Origin: Lama glama
Lineage: Eukaryota
DNA length: 64,000 nucleotides
Assembly (NCBI GenBank): GCA_028534125.1
Contig: CM052820.1
Span: 868,001-932,000 of the forward strand
Direction of reading: 5' to 3'
The notes under the pieces are model-generated. The model was not told where the DNA came from, ran no database searches, and worked only from the letters and a program-made list of their open reading frames with translations. The position numbers were made by a program, and so were the translations under genes. Shown piece by piece: positions 37,101 through 48,440 of the stretch. Position 1 is the first letter of the stretch; the number at the start of each line of letters is the position of its first letter.

Positions 37101-39548
37101 ACTCTGTTTTCCCCACCTTCCCTCTGCCAAAACATGATCACTGAAGGAAGCTGGGTCGTTCCTTGTCCACTTCAGTGACCAAGCACATAAAGGTCCTCCT
37201 AGGGCCGTTATGGAAGGACCCCAGTCCCCCACAAGTGGCAGGTCAGGGACTCCACAGCTGACAGCTACCACAGCTGCCGAGACCCCAGAGCTGGTGGGGC
37301 TGCCTCTCCTGCAGATCCCAGACCCAGATGGCACTCCCTCCTCCACAAACCGCAGATCCCAGGCCCAGAGGGGCTGCCTATCCCGGTCCTGCACACTCAG
37401 CCGGACTGCTGGCAGTGCTCAGAGACTCCTTCCAAACTTCCTTTAGGCCGCCGTCTCTGCCCCTCACCACAGGGAGCCTGCAGGGGTGTCCTTCTTTTCT
37501 GCGCCCCCCCCCCCGGGCTGCCTCAGATGTTCAGAAGGCCTGTCTGGGGAGTCTGTTCAAAAATACAGATTCTTGGGCCCCACCACAGAGCTTCCTAGGG
37601 CTGGGACCCTGGAATCTGCATTAAGGAGACTCCCTGCAGTGGATCCCGCTGCAGCTGGTCCTTGGTTCACACTGGGGACAGGCCCTCGTGGTCAGGCTGC
37701 TGGGGATAGGGTCAGGCCAGCAAGGGTGGCCTGTTAAGGCCCTAGCCCCCCTCTGCGGGCCACTCTGCCTGTCCTGGGTAGACCGTGCGTGGGCTCCAAG
37801 TTCACAGGTCAAGGTCAGGGAGGACCACGTCCCTCTATTCTCACTAGTGTGGCAGGAGACGTATATGTCAGCTGTCAGAGCCCCAGACTACCCCCAGTAG
37901 GCAGCAGGGGCCAACCCAGCAGGCCAGTGGCCAGGCCAGAACACACAGAAGCTCACAAAGGAGATGAAGTGGCAGGGCCTGCTGAGGGCTCCTGGGAATC
38001 CTAGGAAGCCCGTAGGCTCTTCCCGTCCACATGTCACCCTGATGGCTCCTGGCCTCTATGCCACCTGTCCATCACCCTGTCCATTTACATGCCATGGACA
38101 GTGACTGATGGGACCTCCTGGGCCTCCCAGAGCTGGAGTATGTTGTGGGGGGGGAGGAGTTGCGGGGGGAGGTAGTGTCATACGTATGCTGTCCCCTTGG
38201 GGACCCAGCAAATCCCACACTGTGGGAATGAAAGGAAAGGCCCTGCTCTATCCATGGTGGAGAGGTGCTGCGGCCACAGCACCCAGCCTGGCTCACCCAG
38301 CCTTTCTGCTGAGCCCCTGGGGCAGCAGGTGCCCCCTGCCCAAAGCCCTGCTGAGCCAACATGTGTGTCTGTGTTGGGAACAAGGGGCCACCCAGTGACG
38401 GCGTCCGCCAGTCCTTGCCCAGGGGGCCCCAAGCATTAGAGCCAGCCCAGCCCTCTCTGCTGCCGGCTCTGTCAGGTATGTCCCTCATGCCACCTCCAGG
38501 GAACAGACCTGGGGCCCACCAGTCCTCTGAAGGTCCAGGTCACACAGAGGCCCTTCCACACCTGGCACTGCCTGGCCCGCCTCTCAGTGCCAGGCTCCAG
38601 CAAGTGTGTGGCTCAGCCTGTGCTCACCAGACACTACCCTCATGCCCAGGCAGGGATGGTTGCTGCACACCTGAGAGGCCTCCTGTGGTGGCACAGTGTT
38701 CCCTGTCCTGTGGCCAGCCCCCAGGCTCGCAGTGGGTCCAAGGCTCCTAAGGGCTCCCCAGGCACCAGAAGGGAACCACTGAAAGCACCTGGACAGGACT
38801 CCAGGGACAGGTTGGGGAGTGCCGGGGAGAGGCCAGGCTGGCTCCACCCTCTCGGCAGGTGCCCCAGGCTCAGGTCGCCTGCCTCAGGCGCAGAGCCCAC
38901 AAGAATGCCCCCTACCCTGGCAACTTAGGGAGAGGCCGCCTGGAAACGTCACCACGACCGGCTCACCGCCCCGACGNNNNNNNNNNNNNNNNNNNNNNNN
39001 NNNNNNNNNNNNNNNNNNNNNNNNNNNNNNNNNNNNNNNNNNNNNNNNNNNNNNNNNNNNNNNNNNNNNNNNNNNNNNNNNNNNNNNNNNNNNNNNNNNN
39101 NNNNNNNNACCCTGAAGGCCAGCGGGCAGCAGGCGGNNNNNNNNNNNNNNNNNNNNNNNNNNNNNNNNNNNNNNNNNNNNNNNNNNNNNNNNNNNNNNNN
39201 NNNNNNNNNNNNNNNNNNNNNNNNNNNNNNNNNNNNNNNNNNNNNNNNNNNNNNNNNNNNNNNNNNNNNNNNNNNNNNNNNNNNNNNCGAGTGCAGNNNN
39301 NNNNNNNNNNNNNNNNNNNNNNNNNNNNNNNNNNNNNNNNNNNNNNNNNNNNNNNNNNNNNNNNNNNNNNNNNNNNNNNNNNNNNNNNNNNNNNNNNNNN
39401 NNNNNNNNNNNNNNNNNNNNNNNNNNNNNNNNNNNNNNNNNNNNNNNNNNNNNNNNNNNNNNNNNNNNNNNNNNNNNNNNNNNNNNNNNNNNNNNNNNNN
39501 NNNNNNNNCGGCGCCGGGCGCCTTGCGGCAGCAGCACTGCGCCGCCAT
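30884..39548 (-). CDS. RNPEPL1: Arginyl aminopeptidase-like 1 (M1 zinc aminopeptidase), whole gene span, 11 coding exons, about 731 aa
   Basis: Start [13 protein letters not shown]; VAMEN exopeptidase motif; HEVAH-x18-E zinc motif; YEKG catalytic Tyr; C-terminus ...[12 protein letters not shown]. Confidence 0.97.
31605..31747 (-). CDS. RNPEPL1: RNPEPL1 exon 10
   Basis: [11 protein letters not shown]...[10 protein letters not shown]...FLESQ; 143 nt. Confidence 0.95.
31822..32052 (-). CDS. RNPEPL1: RNPEPL1 exon 9
   Basis: [13 protein letters not shown]...[13 protein letters not shown]; 231 nt. Confidence 0.95.
33006..33137 (-). CDS. RNPEPL1: RNPEPL1 exon 8, inferred inside an N-run
   Basis: The expected phase 0-to-1 exon of about 109 nt is absent from visible sequence. 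A pyrimidine tract (ccctgcccctgcccatg on minus) runs into the 132-N gap. Confidence 0.65.
33542..33654 (-). CDS. RNPEPL1: RNPEPL1 exon 7
   Basis: [18 protein letters not shown]...FDDFLR|gtgagc; 113 nt. Confidence 0.95.
34066..34179 (-). CDS. RNPEPL1: RNPEPL1 exon 6
   Basis: [37 protein letters not shown]; 114 nt. Confidence 0.95.
34409..34644 (-). CDS. RNPEPL1: RNPEPL1 exon 5 (VAMEN and HEXXH-x18-E)
   Basis: [18 protein letters not shown]...[11 protein letters not shown]...WLSEG; 236 nt. Confidence 0.97.
34819..34935 (-). CDS. RNPEPL1: RNPEPL1 exon 4
   Basis: SRVWAEP...[10 protein letters not shown]; 117 nt. Confidence 0.95.
35464..35615 (-). CDS. RNPEPL1: RNPEPL1 exon 3
   Basis: [11 protein letters not shown]...[14 protein letters not shown]...IGP; 152 nt. 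Confidence 0.95.
36046..36186 (-). CDS. RNPEPL1: RNPEPL1 exon 2
   Basis: [11 protein letters not shown]...[21 protein letters not shown]; 141 nt. Confidence 0.96.
37520..37680. mobile_element. MER5A-like hAT-Charlie MITE
   Basis: aaaatacagattcttgggccccacc...ggaatctgcatt. Confidence 0.7.
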
Positions 39549-40200
39549 GGCCNNNNNNNNNNNNNNNNNNNNNNNNNNNNNNNNNNNNNNNNNNNNNNNN
39601 NNNNNNNNNNNNNNNNNNNNNNNNNNNNNNNNNNNNNNNNNNNNNNNNNNNNNNNNNNNNNNNNNNNNNNNNNNNNNNNNNNNNNNNNNNNNNNNNNNNN
39701 NNNNNNNNNCCCGCTCGGGCTCCGCGCGGCCGCCGCCGGGGGCGCTGTGCGTTGGGAGGCCGGGGAGCCGGGGGCGCGGTGAGCGGGGAGACCGGGGCCC
39801 CGGGGAGCCGGGTTGGGAGCGCGAGCCCGGGGCGCTGTGCGGGGCCCGGAGACAGGGGACCCGGGGGACGCTGTGCTGGCAGGGTGGGAGCTGGAGGAGC
39901 TCTGCGCGGGGCCGGGGCGGTGTGAGTTAGGCTGGGAGGGGGAGCCGGGGTGCGCGGCCGGAGTTACTGTGTGCAGATGGCCCCCAGTGCTGTGCTGGGG
40001 GTGGGCGGGGGGTCGGGGAGGCAGGAGCCCGGGGGCTGTTGTTCGCAGGGTCTGGGGACGCACTGCGGCCGGGGTGTGCGTGGCTGAGAGGTCTCCGCAG
40101 CCCTGTGTGCTTCCTACCCAGGTGGCCCGCACTCGGGAGACCCCAGAAGTCATGACGACGGATCCCCCAGGGGTGCTACAGGCCAGGTTCCTGGGGCAGC
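38930..40200. promoter_or_regulatory. RNPEPL1 CpG island / promoter
   Basis: Very GC- and CpG-rich around the ATG; partly N-masked. Confidence 0.75.
38997..39548 (-). CDS. RNPEPL1: RNPEPL1 exon 1 (mostly N-masked; 3' end estimated)
   Basis: Visible in-frame islands [16 protein letters not shown] and ACCPLAFR; the donor lies inside the gap. Confidence 0.8.
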
Positions 40201-40329
40201 GACTGCTGGGGCGCCTGGGGCAGGGAAGCTGGGAAGTGTGGCGTCGGGAATTCAATGTTACTAGTACATTCGGGAGCCTCAGGCCCTGGGAATGCTTTCC
40301 ATATACCCCACCCACTCCCCTGTGAGAGC

Positions 40330-40550
40330 AGTGGTCTGTGTTATATGCCGAATAGGGCGTGCTGGCGCTCCGGAGCCTTAAGATAAGTGTGGCTGCTTAG
40401 ATTCAAATAGAATTAGCGCAGCTCCTCAGTTGCACTAGCCGTATTTCAAAGTCTCCATGTGTGTTTGGACGGTAGTGTCCGGCTACTGGCAACCATATTC
40501 AACAGGAGCAGATATCCTCCCATAGTAGAAAATTCTGCTGGACTGTGCTG
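40330..40550. mobile_element. MER3/MER33-like hAT-Charlie element
   Basis: ctcagttgcactagccgtatttcaaag...gaaaattctgctggactgtgctg. Confidence 0.65.
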
Positions 40551-43115
40551 CCTTAAGGGCTGGCAGGGCCCTGGAGGAAGATGGTGTAGGAGGAGAGTGC
40601 TGGGCAGTAATCAGCCTTGGCCTGCCTGACCCCAGCCCACTCACCCAGGCCTGTCCAGAGAACTGGGCCCAGAGGGGGTGGCTGCAGACCAGTGAGGATG
40701 TCCAAAGAGCTAGCTTCAGGTGGATATCAAAGCCATGGCATGAGAGGGGCCACTGAGATGTTGCTGTCATCATCATATGAGAATTCAGGTCCTCAAGGAG
40801 AAGGGGCTTTTGGCCTGTAACCCCACACACTCCTCTCACTGCTTAATCACTGTCTGGTAGAGTGTGGGGCAGGAGTCACCCTGCACTCGACCTCTGTGTC
40901 ATCCCTGAGTACTGTTTAGACCTTCTGGACTCAGTATCCCCATCTGTAATCCATGTGACCCTGCTTGCCCTCCTCCGTGGGGTCGGGGCGGGGTGGGAAG
41001 GATGGCTAAGTGGGAGGACGCGTGTTCATTGATTCGGGCGGAGCATGTGCACTGAAGCATCTCTTCAGTTTTCCCTATGACCCCTACCCCAAACTGGAGG
41101 AGGGAGCTCAGTCCTGCATCCAGGACTCGAGAGAGGAGAGAGCTAGGGTCCGATAAGTCCTTGATGGCTTTGGGTAGCCCCGTACCTGCCCAGGTGCCAC
41201 AGGCTGAGTGTTTTAGATGGCATTCTCAGTTTGACCAGCCTTTTAGAGCCTTCCCCTGCCCCCTGCCAGTGGGGCTCGGGCTGGAAGAACACCGTCTGGA
41301 CTGCATGTGGACACCCACAGTGGCCTGCCCTAGCCACCCTCAAGCGGGTCTACCAGCTGCCTGCACACTCAGGGTAGGTTAACATCAAGGGCTTCTTGCC
41401 CTCCTGGTCTCTGGGACTTGGGGGAGCAGGGGTTGGGTCTCATCCCTTCTCTCCTGGAGGACCCTGGGCATCTCCCAGTGGCCAGCTCTGCACACCGGAG
41501 GGGTGGAGAAGGGCAGTCTTGCAGGTCCAGAGAAGCTGTTGCCACTTCCCCCCTGGGGTGCTGCTGTCTTCCACCCCACATTTTTATAAAGGACCAACAC
41601 AAGCCAATGTTGAAGGAGCAAAGAGATCTGTTCTCAGTGTCAGAGCCAGCCTGCCAAAGCACTGTGAACTGTGAAGCCCGCAGTGGTTGTCTCCACTCTC
41701 CACCTGGTCCCTGTCGAGGACAGTGCCTTCAGTGTTGGGGGTGGGGGTGGGCGCTGTCTTGCTGACAGAGGTCCAGGGCGGATGTACGGGCAGGGTTGTC
41801 CTCTCTCCTGGCCCCAGTCTACCTAGGGGAGAGGACCCCGAGAGTCGAGACTGCCAGAGGCTGGGATTTCTCCCAAAGGAATTTCACACACCAGCCTCTC
41901 GATGATCAAATCCTGGCTGGCCTGGTGCAGCTGACACCCCAGCCTCCCCCTGATACACGTGGACTGGGTGGCCCTATTCAAGTGGGCTGACACCAGGGAG
42001 GGGAGTGGGTCCCTGGCCTCACCTGCTAGCAGGTGGGCACAGAGGCAGGAGGGCTTCCCGGAAGCCCATGGAGTTCAGGTAGGTACTGTGTTGTCTCTGG
42101 GACAGAGGTCCTAGGGATACCTGGGCCTCTGGTGGGAACCGAAATTGGATGGTTCTCAGAAGGGAGCTAGTGGGATAAAAAGCTGATGTGACCCACAGAT
42201 GTCTTTCACCCTGGCCGAGGCTCTGCCATCCTTGCACATTTGCCACCCAGGACCAGGTCAGCAGGTCAGGGGTTTGCCAGCAAAGGTGCTGTGAGCATGC
42301 AAATCTGGGCTTTGGTCCTGGCTCCTGACCTCCTAGCTGGGCCAACTGCTCAGCTCACCTGAGGTTACAGATGGAGCCACTGGAGCCTCACCTGCCAAGT
42401 GGAGAGACACTGGCAGCAGCTCACTCATGGGGCTGATGAAAAAGTGACATGTGCTACCAGGGGTAAGGTGGTAAAAGTTGGATTAACCACTATGAGCTGC
42501 AGTCGAGTTATGAGCAGGGCTGGGGCTCTTGGGGTTGGGGATTGCTGACTGGTGACATTGCACAGGGCTGGGTGCTGACCGACAAGGTGTTTATGCTCTG
42601 AGCCAGGGACCAGTGGATGGTGTCATTCCCATCCCAGCTGGAAACCCAGGTGCAGGAGCAAGAGGGTTGGGGAGGAGGAGGCCCTTTCACAACCACCCCA
42701 GTGCCTCACCAAGTGTGAACTTCCCATCCCCACAACTTTGGGCTCTACTGGGTCAGAGGGCCTCACTCCCACCTGGATGGGAGGATGAGACGCCATTTGT
42801 CTGGGACTCCTCAGGCCCCTCAGCTTCAGGCAAGTCAGGGGTTACTCTGTTGGATGGGGTGACTGACCCTGACTTCTAAGGGGTAGCGGGGCTTTGCCAC
42901 TGCTCAGCGGGGCCAGGAGGAGTGTGTGGAAGCCAGGACATTTTCCTCATTACTGCCAGCACTGCCGGGTTGTGTGCGGGGGTCACGGAGGTCACAGCAC
43001 CAGTGCAGGCAGGGCCACGCTTCAGGGTGCAGGCTGGAGTCAGCCCAGCAAGAGAGACCAGGACCCGAGGCACTGGCTGCGGGTAAAGGCAGACGATAAA
43101 CACCAGCTACAGTGT

Positions 43116-43121
43116 TTTATT
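43116..43121 (-). terminator. DUSP28 poly(A) signal AATAAA
   Basis: tttatt on + strand with a GU-rich element downstream on minus; about 930 nt 3' UTR. Confidence 0.7.
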
Positions 43122-44047
43122 CATTATCTTGTTACATGTGTATTTGTATATATTAACCAGGGACTGTATTATCTGTAACTCACGTATTACCTAATTTCTC
43201 CACATCTTATTTAAGGAGTGTTTACTGTGATTAATTTTCTAGGATAGTCTTTAGGCTGTAGGATGTCCAGATGAGCTGCCTCTGAACCACAAGAGGGGTC
43301 AGCATACTCAGACACACCGTGGTTAGTGCATCGCTGGCATGCCCATGGCTGCAGGCTGTTAGGCCGGGGCTCAGTGCTGTGGTTGAGACTGGGAGGTCAG
43401 TAAGGTGGGTACAGACTCTGACAGCCCCAAGGGTGTCCATGCTGGGTGATCTGTCACAGCCTCGCGACCTCACCTGCGTGTCTGCAGCAGGTTTAAGTCT
43501 AGAAACTGGGCCCTCGCTGGCTGGAGCCCGTGCTGGTTTCTGTAAGGGGGCCCGTGTGAGCTTTGGGAAAGCCACTATGGTTCGAGCAGGTAGCAGGCGC
43601 GACGTTCTGCCAGCAGCCGTAGGTGTCCTCCCAGAGCCGCCCGCATCAGAGCTGAAGGCAGCCGGGCTCAGGGCGGCGGGTCTCCGTGATTGCTGTACTT
43701 CCCCACCTGCTGACGTTGGCTCCCCGGCCTCCATCTCTCTGTAGTAAGTGTCTTTCTGGCTACAATTCCCCAAGTGGTTTTCACCTTCTCGACCAAGTCC
43801 TTTCTAATAAATTTGCTGACCAGGGGAGGAACGGTTCCCAGTTCTCGGTGGACACACCCTTGCACTTGACAAACGTCAAGAGGGGACAGAGGCCTTCGGG
43901 AAGTTGCAGAAAATGAAAACTCCGTGTGTGGGGCGTGCGGCAGGAGAGGAAAGACCACCCTCTCGTCTGTGTACCTCTTTCCACCCCGAGGCGGCAGGAA
44001 ACTCCAAGCGCCCTTCTTGGGGCTGGGCGTCCTCGAGGGCGGACCGA

Positions 44048-44824
44048 CTAGGACTCACTCGGGCCCGAGAGCTCCCCGAGCTGGCAGGACCGGGACTGCA
44101 GGGCCTCCTCGTACTTCTGGAGCTGCGACCAGAAACCCGGGTTGGGCTCGGCCACTGGGCGGGCGCTCTTCACGGTCTGCAAGCGAGAGGGTCCGGCTAG
44201 ACACCGCGCAGCGCTCGCTGCCGGTTCCGCAGACGCCTCCGGTGCCCGGAGGCCACGCCTCCGGTGCCCGGAGGCCCCGCCCCCGAGTGCGGGCCCGCCC
44301 CTCCCAGAGGCCCCGCCCCCTCACGGAGCCGCGCCCCTCCCAGCAGTCTCCGCCGGTCTCGAAGGACCCCTTCCCGGAATGTCCCGCCTCATCTCGCCGG
44401 AAATCTGTCCCGCCCGGAAGTCCCGCCCCACCTGGAAGGCCCGCGCCAGGCTGAGGCCGCGGTGACGCATAAGGTAGGCGGTGCAGATGGTGGTCGAGCG
44501 GCTGCGGCCATTCTTGCAGTAGANNNNNNNNNNNNNNNNNNNNNNNNNNNNNNNNNNNNNNNNNNNNNNNNNNNNNNNNNNNNNNNNNNNNNNNNNNNNN
44601 NNNNNNNNNNNNNNNNNNNNNNNNNNNNNNNNNNNNNNNNNNNNNNNNNNNNNNNNNNNNNNNNNNNNNNNNNNNNNNNCGCACAGGGTGACGCCCGCGC
44701 GCGCCAGCAGCTCCGGCGAGGCTACGGCGCGTACGCTCCCGAGGAAGAGCGAGGGGGCGACGCGCACGAACGGCGGCGGGGCGGCCTCAGCGGCTCCGCG
44801 GCGTCCGGCTTGTTCCGGGTCCAT
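44048..44824 (-). CDS. DUSP28: Dual specificity phosphatase 28 (2 exons: 44432-44824 and 44048-44176; 173 aa)
   Basis: MDPEQAGRRG...VRVAPSLFLGS; atypical P-loop YCKNGRSRS; AYLM; exon 2 TVKSARPVAEPNPGFWSQLQKYEE; GT-AG intron 44177-44431. Confidence 0.96.
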
Positions 44825-44829
44825 GACCA

Positions 44830-45130
44830 GCGCTCAGGTCCCCAGCCCAGGGGTCTATTTTGGGCCATCGGGCGGCCGGCCGGGCGCCCCCGGGTCCTAG
44901 AGGCCTCCGAGGGCTGCCTGGGGCGATCCCCGTCGTGGCTGTGCACGAGCGAGGCACGCCCACAAATCCCTGGCCGCCTCCCATTGGCTGGACCGAGTCG
45001 GGGGGGTTTCTTCTGATTGGCTGCGGGTGCGGCCATTGGCTGACTTCGTGGCCATCGGGAGAGGGATTGGCCGCGCTGGGGTGGGCGGGGCCGGGTTGCT
45101 GGGGAATGGGCTTCCCCGCCCATTGCAAAT
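44830..45130 (-). promoter_or_regulatory. DUSP28 promoter with four CCAAT boxes and a GC box
   Basis: attgg at 44983, 45016, 45035 and 45066; gggcggggc near 45083; CpG island about 44000-45130. Confidence 0.8.
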
Positions 45131-46599
45131 TGAGATGTCTGAGTTGCAGGTTCCTGTCCCTACGACCTGGGAGGCTTGCAGCTGGGTGGACGGCGGTGTT
45201 CCAGCGGGCTCAGGGAGGTGGGCTTCCTAAGCTGCAGCTGACGTGCAGACGAGCAAGGGACCCCGTCACAGATTATCACCTGGTCACTGACCAGTATCCT
45301 CCCCATCGTTTTGTTGGTAGGCCGCCTGGTTTCGTGTACCCTTGATAACTACATCTCTTATAACTACATTGCCAGCTGAAGTACCCTTTAGGACAGCTTT
45401 ATGTTAATTCCTTTTTGTTATCAGCTTCCTAATTAATCGGTCTGTGTAACTTTTGCATTTTCTTTCCCTTTTTTTTGTAAAACACGGTTCATAAAAAATA
45501 AAGCTATGCACCATTAGTTTTTCACCATTTCTTCATAGACCACTAATTTTTGTTTTTTTATTTTTCTTATTATTTTTTGTGTCATTACTGTAACTTTCAA
45601 AAATTAATGTCATTTAATGTTTACACAGTTGACATTAAGGAGATGCTTTCAATAGATTTTTCTGATGCCCAGTGTCTCAGGGAGCGGTTTCAATGGGAGG
45701 TAACTGTTGCAGTCCTGCCTGCGTTGTCGCAGTTTCAATTTTATTCCAGTAGTAAAATTGTTTTTTTTCTGATTCATCGCCATCATTTAAAAATTTGCAG
45801 TGCGTTCTACCAGACATTACTCTCCAGTATACCCCCCCACCCCGTACTAGATAAATCTGACAAAATGAACATTCCAGCCGAAGCCACCAAGCACTGGTAA
45901 CTGTCAGATCTTTTCTGCTATCTAGGGCTTTCTCTTGAGCTAGAGACTCAAATATCAGTCTGTAGTCAGGTCTTTTCTGGCTGCAGATCCAGACTTCACC
46001 TATGTGGAGGCCTTCCCAACATCTGTTTCCCACTATGTGCTCTAAAGAAGGATTCTAAAGCTGGGAGCCGTCCAGCTAGGTGGAGATTCCACGTACCTCA
46101 GCTCCAGAATCGGGCTTCTGATTACCTCCAGCCAGCCAGTGAAGCCTGTACTCCCATGATTGCTTCAGGAAAGGGCTTCGGCTGTCATATGTACCAGGGG
46201 AAAGAGGGGCTTAGAAACCTCTGTCCTCCATATGACCACAAAGGAAAGTCAGCCTTGGATGAAAGCAGAGATGGAAGGAGTTGGGTACCTGATGACTTTG
46301 TTGGCCACCAAATCACCTAACATGAAGACCCTCCAACTTCTGGACTGTTTGGTTTCCTCAACCAGCCAATTGCCCTTTATTGTTGGATGTTTGAGGCGGG
46401 TTTTCTGTTCCAAGGCCTCTTAACTGATGCCTCGTGCTCTTTCATCCCACTGAGTTCATGAATCGGTAAGCATCTCAGATCCCTTCTGTCCACCTCGATT
46501 GCCATGTTTAGTTTGAGCCACCCTCTTCTGGGCTTGGCACCAGCCTCCCGAGGGGAGCCTTCCAGCCTTCCTTGCTGTAGTTAAATATGCTCTCTGAGG

Positions 46600-46860
46600 T
46601 AGTGCCTTTCTGAGTGTTGGCCCTGACTCAGCAAGTAGTGATCCATTAGTGGGTTGTGAAATCAGTTTTGTGGGTCATGAGCCATAATTTATTTTTTTAG
46701 CAAAATGGCATAGAAAACAATAGACTACCTGAAAATACTAGAGTGCATGAATGTAGCAGAGTTTTTCCTGGAAATTTTTTGAGTTATGTTTGTCCTGGAT
46801 CATGCTATGAAATGGGGTATTACAGTAGGAGCCAGGCAGAAAGTCTTGAAACCTTTGAAT
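46600..46860. mobile_element. hAT-type non-autonomous DNA transposon remnant
   Basis: ccattagtgggttgtgaaatcagttttgtgggtcatga pattern; family not resolved. Confidence 0.5.
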
Positions 46861-47007
46861 TCAAAGGACACATCTGACTGCACTGCCATCCTGTTTAAAA
46901 ATGTCTTGCATTTTCTGTCTTTAATGTGGCATTCAAGGTCCCTCCTGCCTTGTCCCGTCTGTCTGTCATCCTTCCCTCTGTTCCCACCTACCCACCACTG
47001 CGTGGCC

Positions 47008-47190
47008 CAGTGTTTCTCACAGTCTGGTCCAAATTTCAGCAGCATCAGCATCATTGGGGAACATGGTAGGAATGCACATTCTCAGGCCCACCCTCTCCGG
47101 ACCTGCTGGATCAGAAGCTCTCGGATGGGATGCAGGAAGCTGTGTGCTACCACACCCTCCATGTGATTCTGAGTCGAGATAAAATCTGTA
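47008..47190. mobile_element. MER5-like MITE
   Basis: cagtgtttctca...agcagcatcagcatc...aatgcacattctcaggcccaccc...gtgattctga. Confidence 0.75.
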
Positions 47191-48164
47191 CCCATCACTT
47201 AGTCAATCTAAAAAGTCATTTAAAGCAAGAGAGCCCCCAATTTTTTTTAATCCACTCAGCTTAAAGATTGTGTTTTGACCTAATGCATTATACATATCCA
47301 CTCACCGTCCTCTGACAGGTGACGGTCATGACCACCCACTCACTACCTTTGTAGGCCAGCTGAGGCGGTGCTCTGGTGGTGCCCAGTGCCTGGCTGTGCC
47401 TCCCAGTTTCCCTTCCTTTCCTCACATGAACTTAAAAGCACTTCAAAAGCAATCTGCAGTGGAATCCTTTTGGAACTTTTTCAAAGATTTTCCCCCCAGT
47501 CTTTTACAGTGTCTCTCATGCATCCAATTTGGTTGCAATTTTTAAGTGACTTCTGTTGACTTTTCAAAGCCTTCAACTAAATTTTGATAGAAATGTCACT
47601 CTTCTTTCCAAAGCACACTTCATCAGCCATATTTCATTAAACTTCATAACCATAATAGCAGGTTCAGCCAGAATTTTGAGATTTGCAAACACCATGACTG
47701 GTAATACGAGCAGCTAACTTGCTGAAAGCCAGTCATCCTAAAGAGATCAGTTTGCTAAATAACTGTTTTGCTGAATTTAACAAGCTTACCATTCATTGAA
47801 AACTTTAAAAATGAATATTCTTGAATATTGGCAATACATATTAACATTTTTCTTATGAAAACATTCTTTTTGGAGATGGTCTTTAGTGTCATTGTAGGAC
47901 TTGTATCAGTTTTTGGAAATAGGGCTTTCTTATCTTTGTATGCCTTTTTTAAAAAAAAATCAGTGCATATATTCTTAGGAACATAAGCAAAATTTCAGCA
48001 TTTCATATTGCATTTTTTTCCAGTTGATAGAAGTTTCCAGAACACGTTTCCTTTTTTGGCCACATTTTGGTGCTTAGAATTGTTTTGCCTGTCTCACCAA
48101 ATCGTCAGATTTGTCAAATTTGCTGAAAGTAGTTGAGCAGCTGTTTAGTCTTTCATGTTGGGTG

Positions 48165-48440
48165 GCTTGTTGGTTTCCTAGAGTCGCTGTAACAGAGCAT
48201 CACAACAGACTTGCTGGCTTGGAACCACAGGAGTTTATTCTTCCTTCCATGTTTGTGTCTCCAGATCTCCCTCTCCTTTTAAGGACAGTAGGTTTTTGGT
48301 TTGGAGCACACCCTAATCCAGTATGACCTCTTCACTTGATCATATCTGCAAAGACACTATTTCCAAGTAAGATCACTCACAGATACCAAGCGTCATGACT
48401 TAAGCTTATCTTTCAGGAAGACACCCCTCAGCCCACGTCA
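48165..48440 (-). mobile_element. MLT1C/D-like LTR
   Basis: caccctaatccagtatgacctc...atctgcaaagacactatttccaa. Confidence 0.75.
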
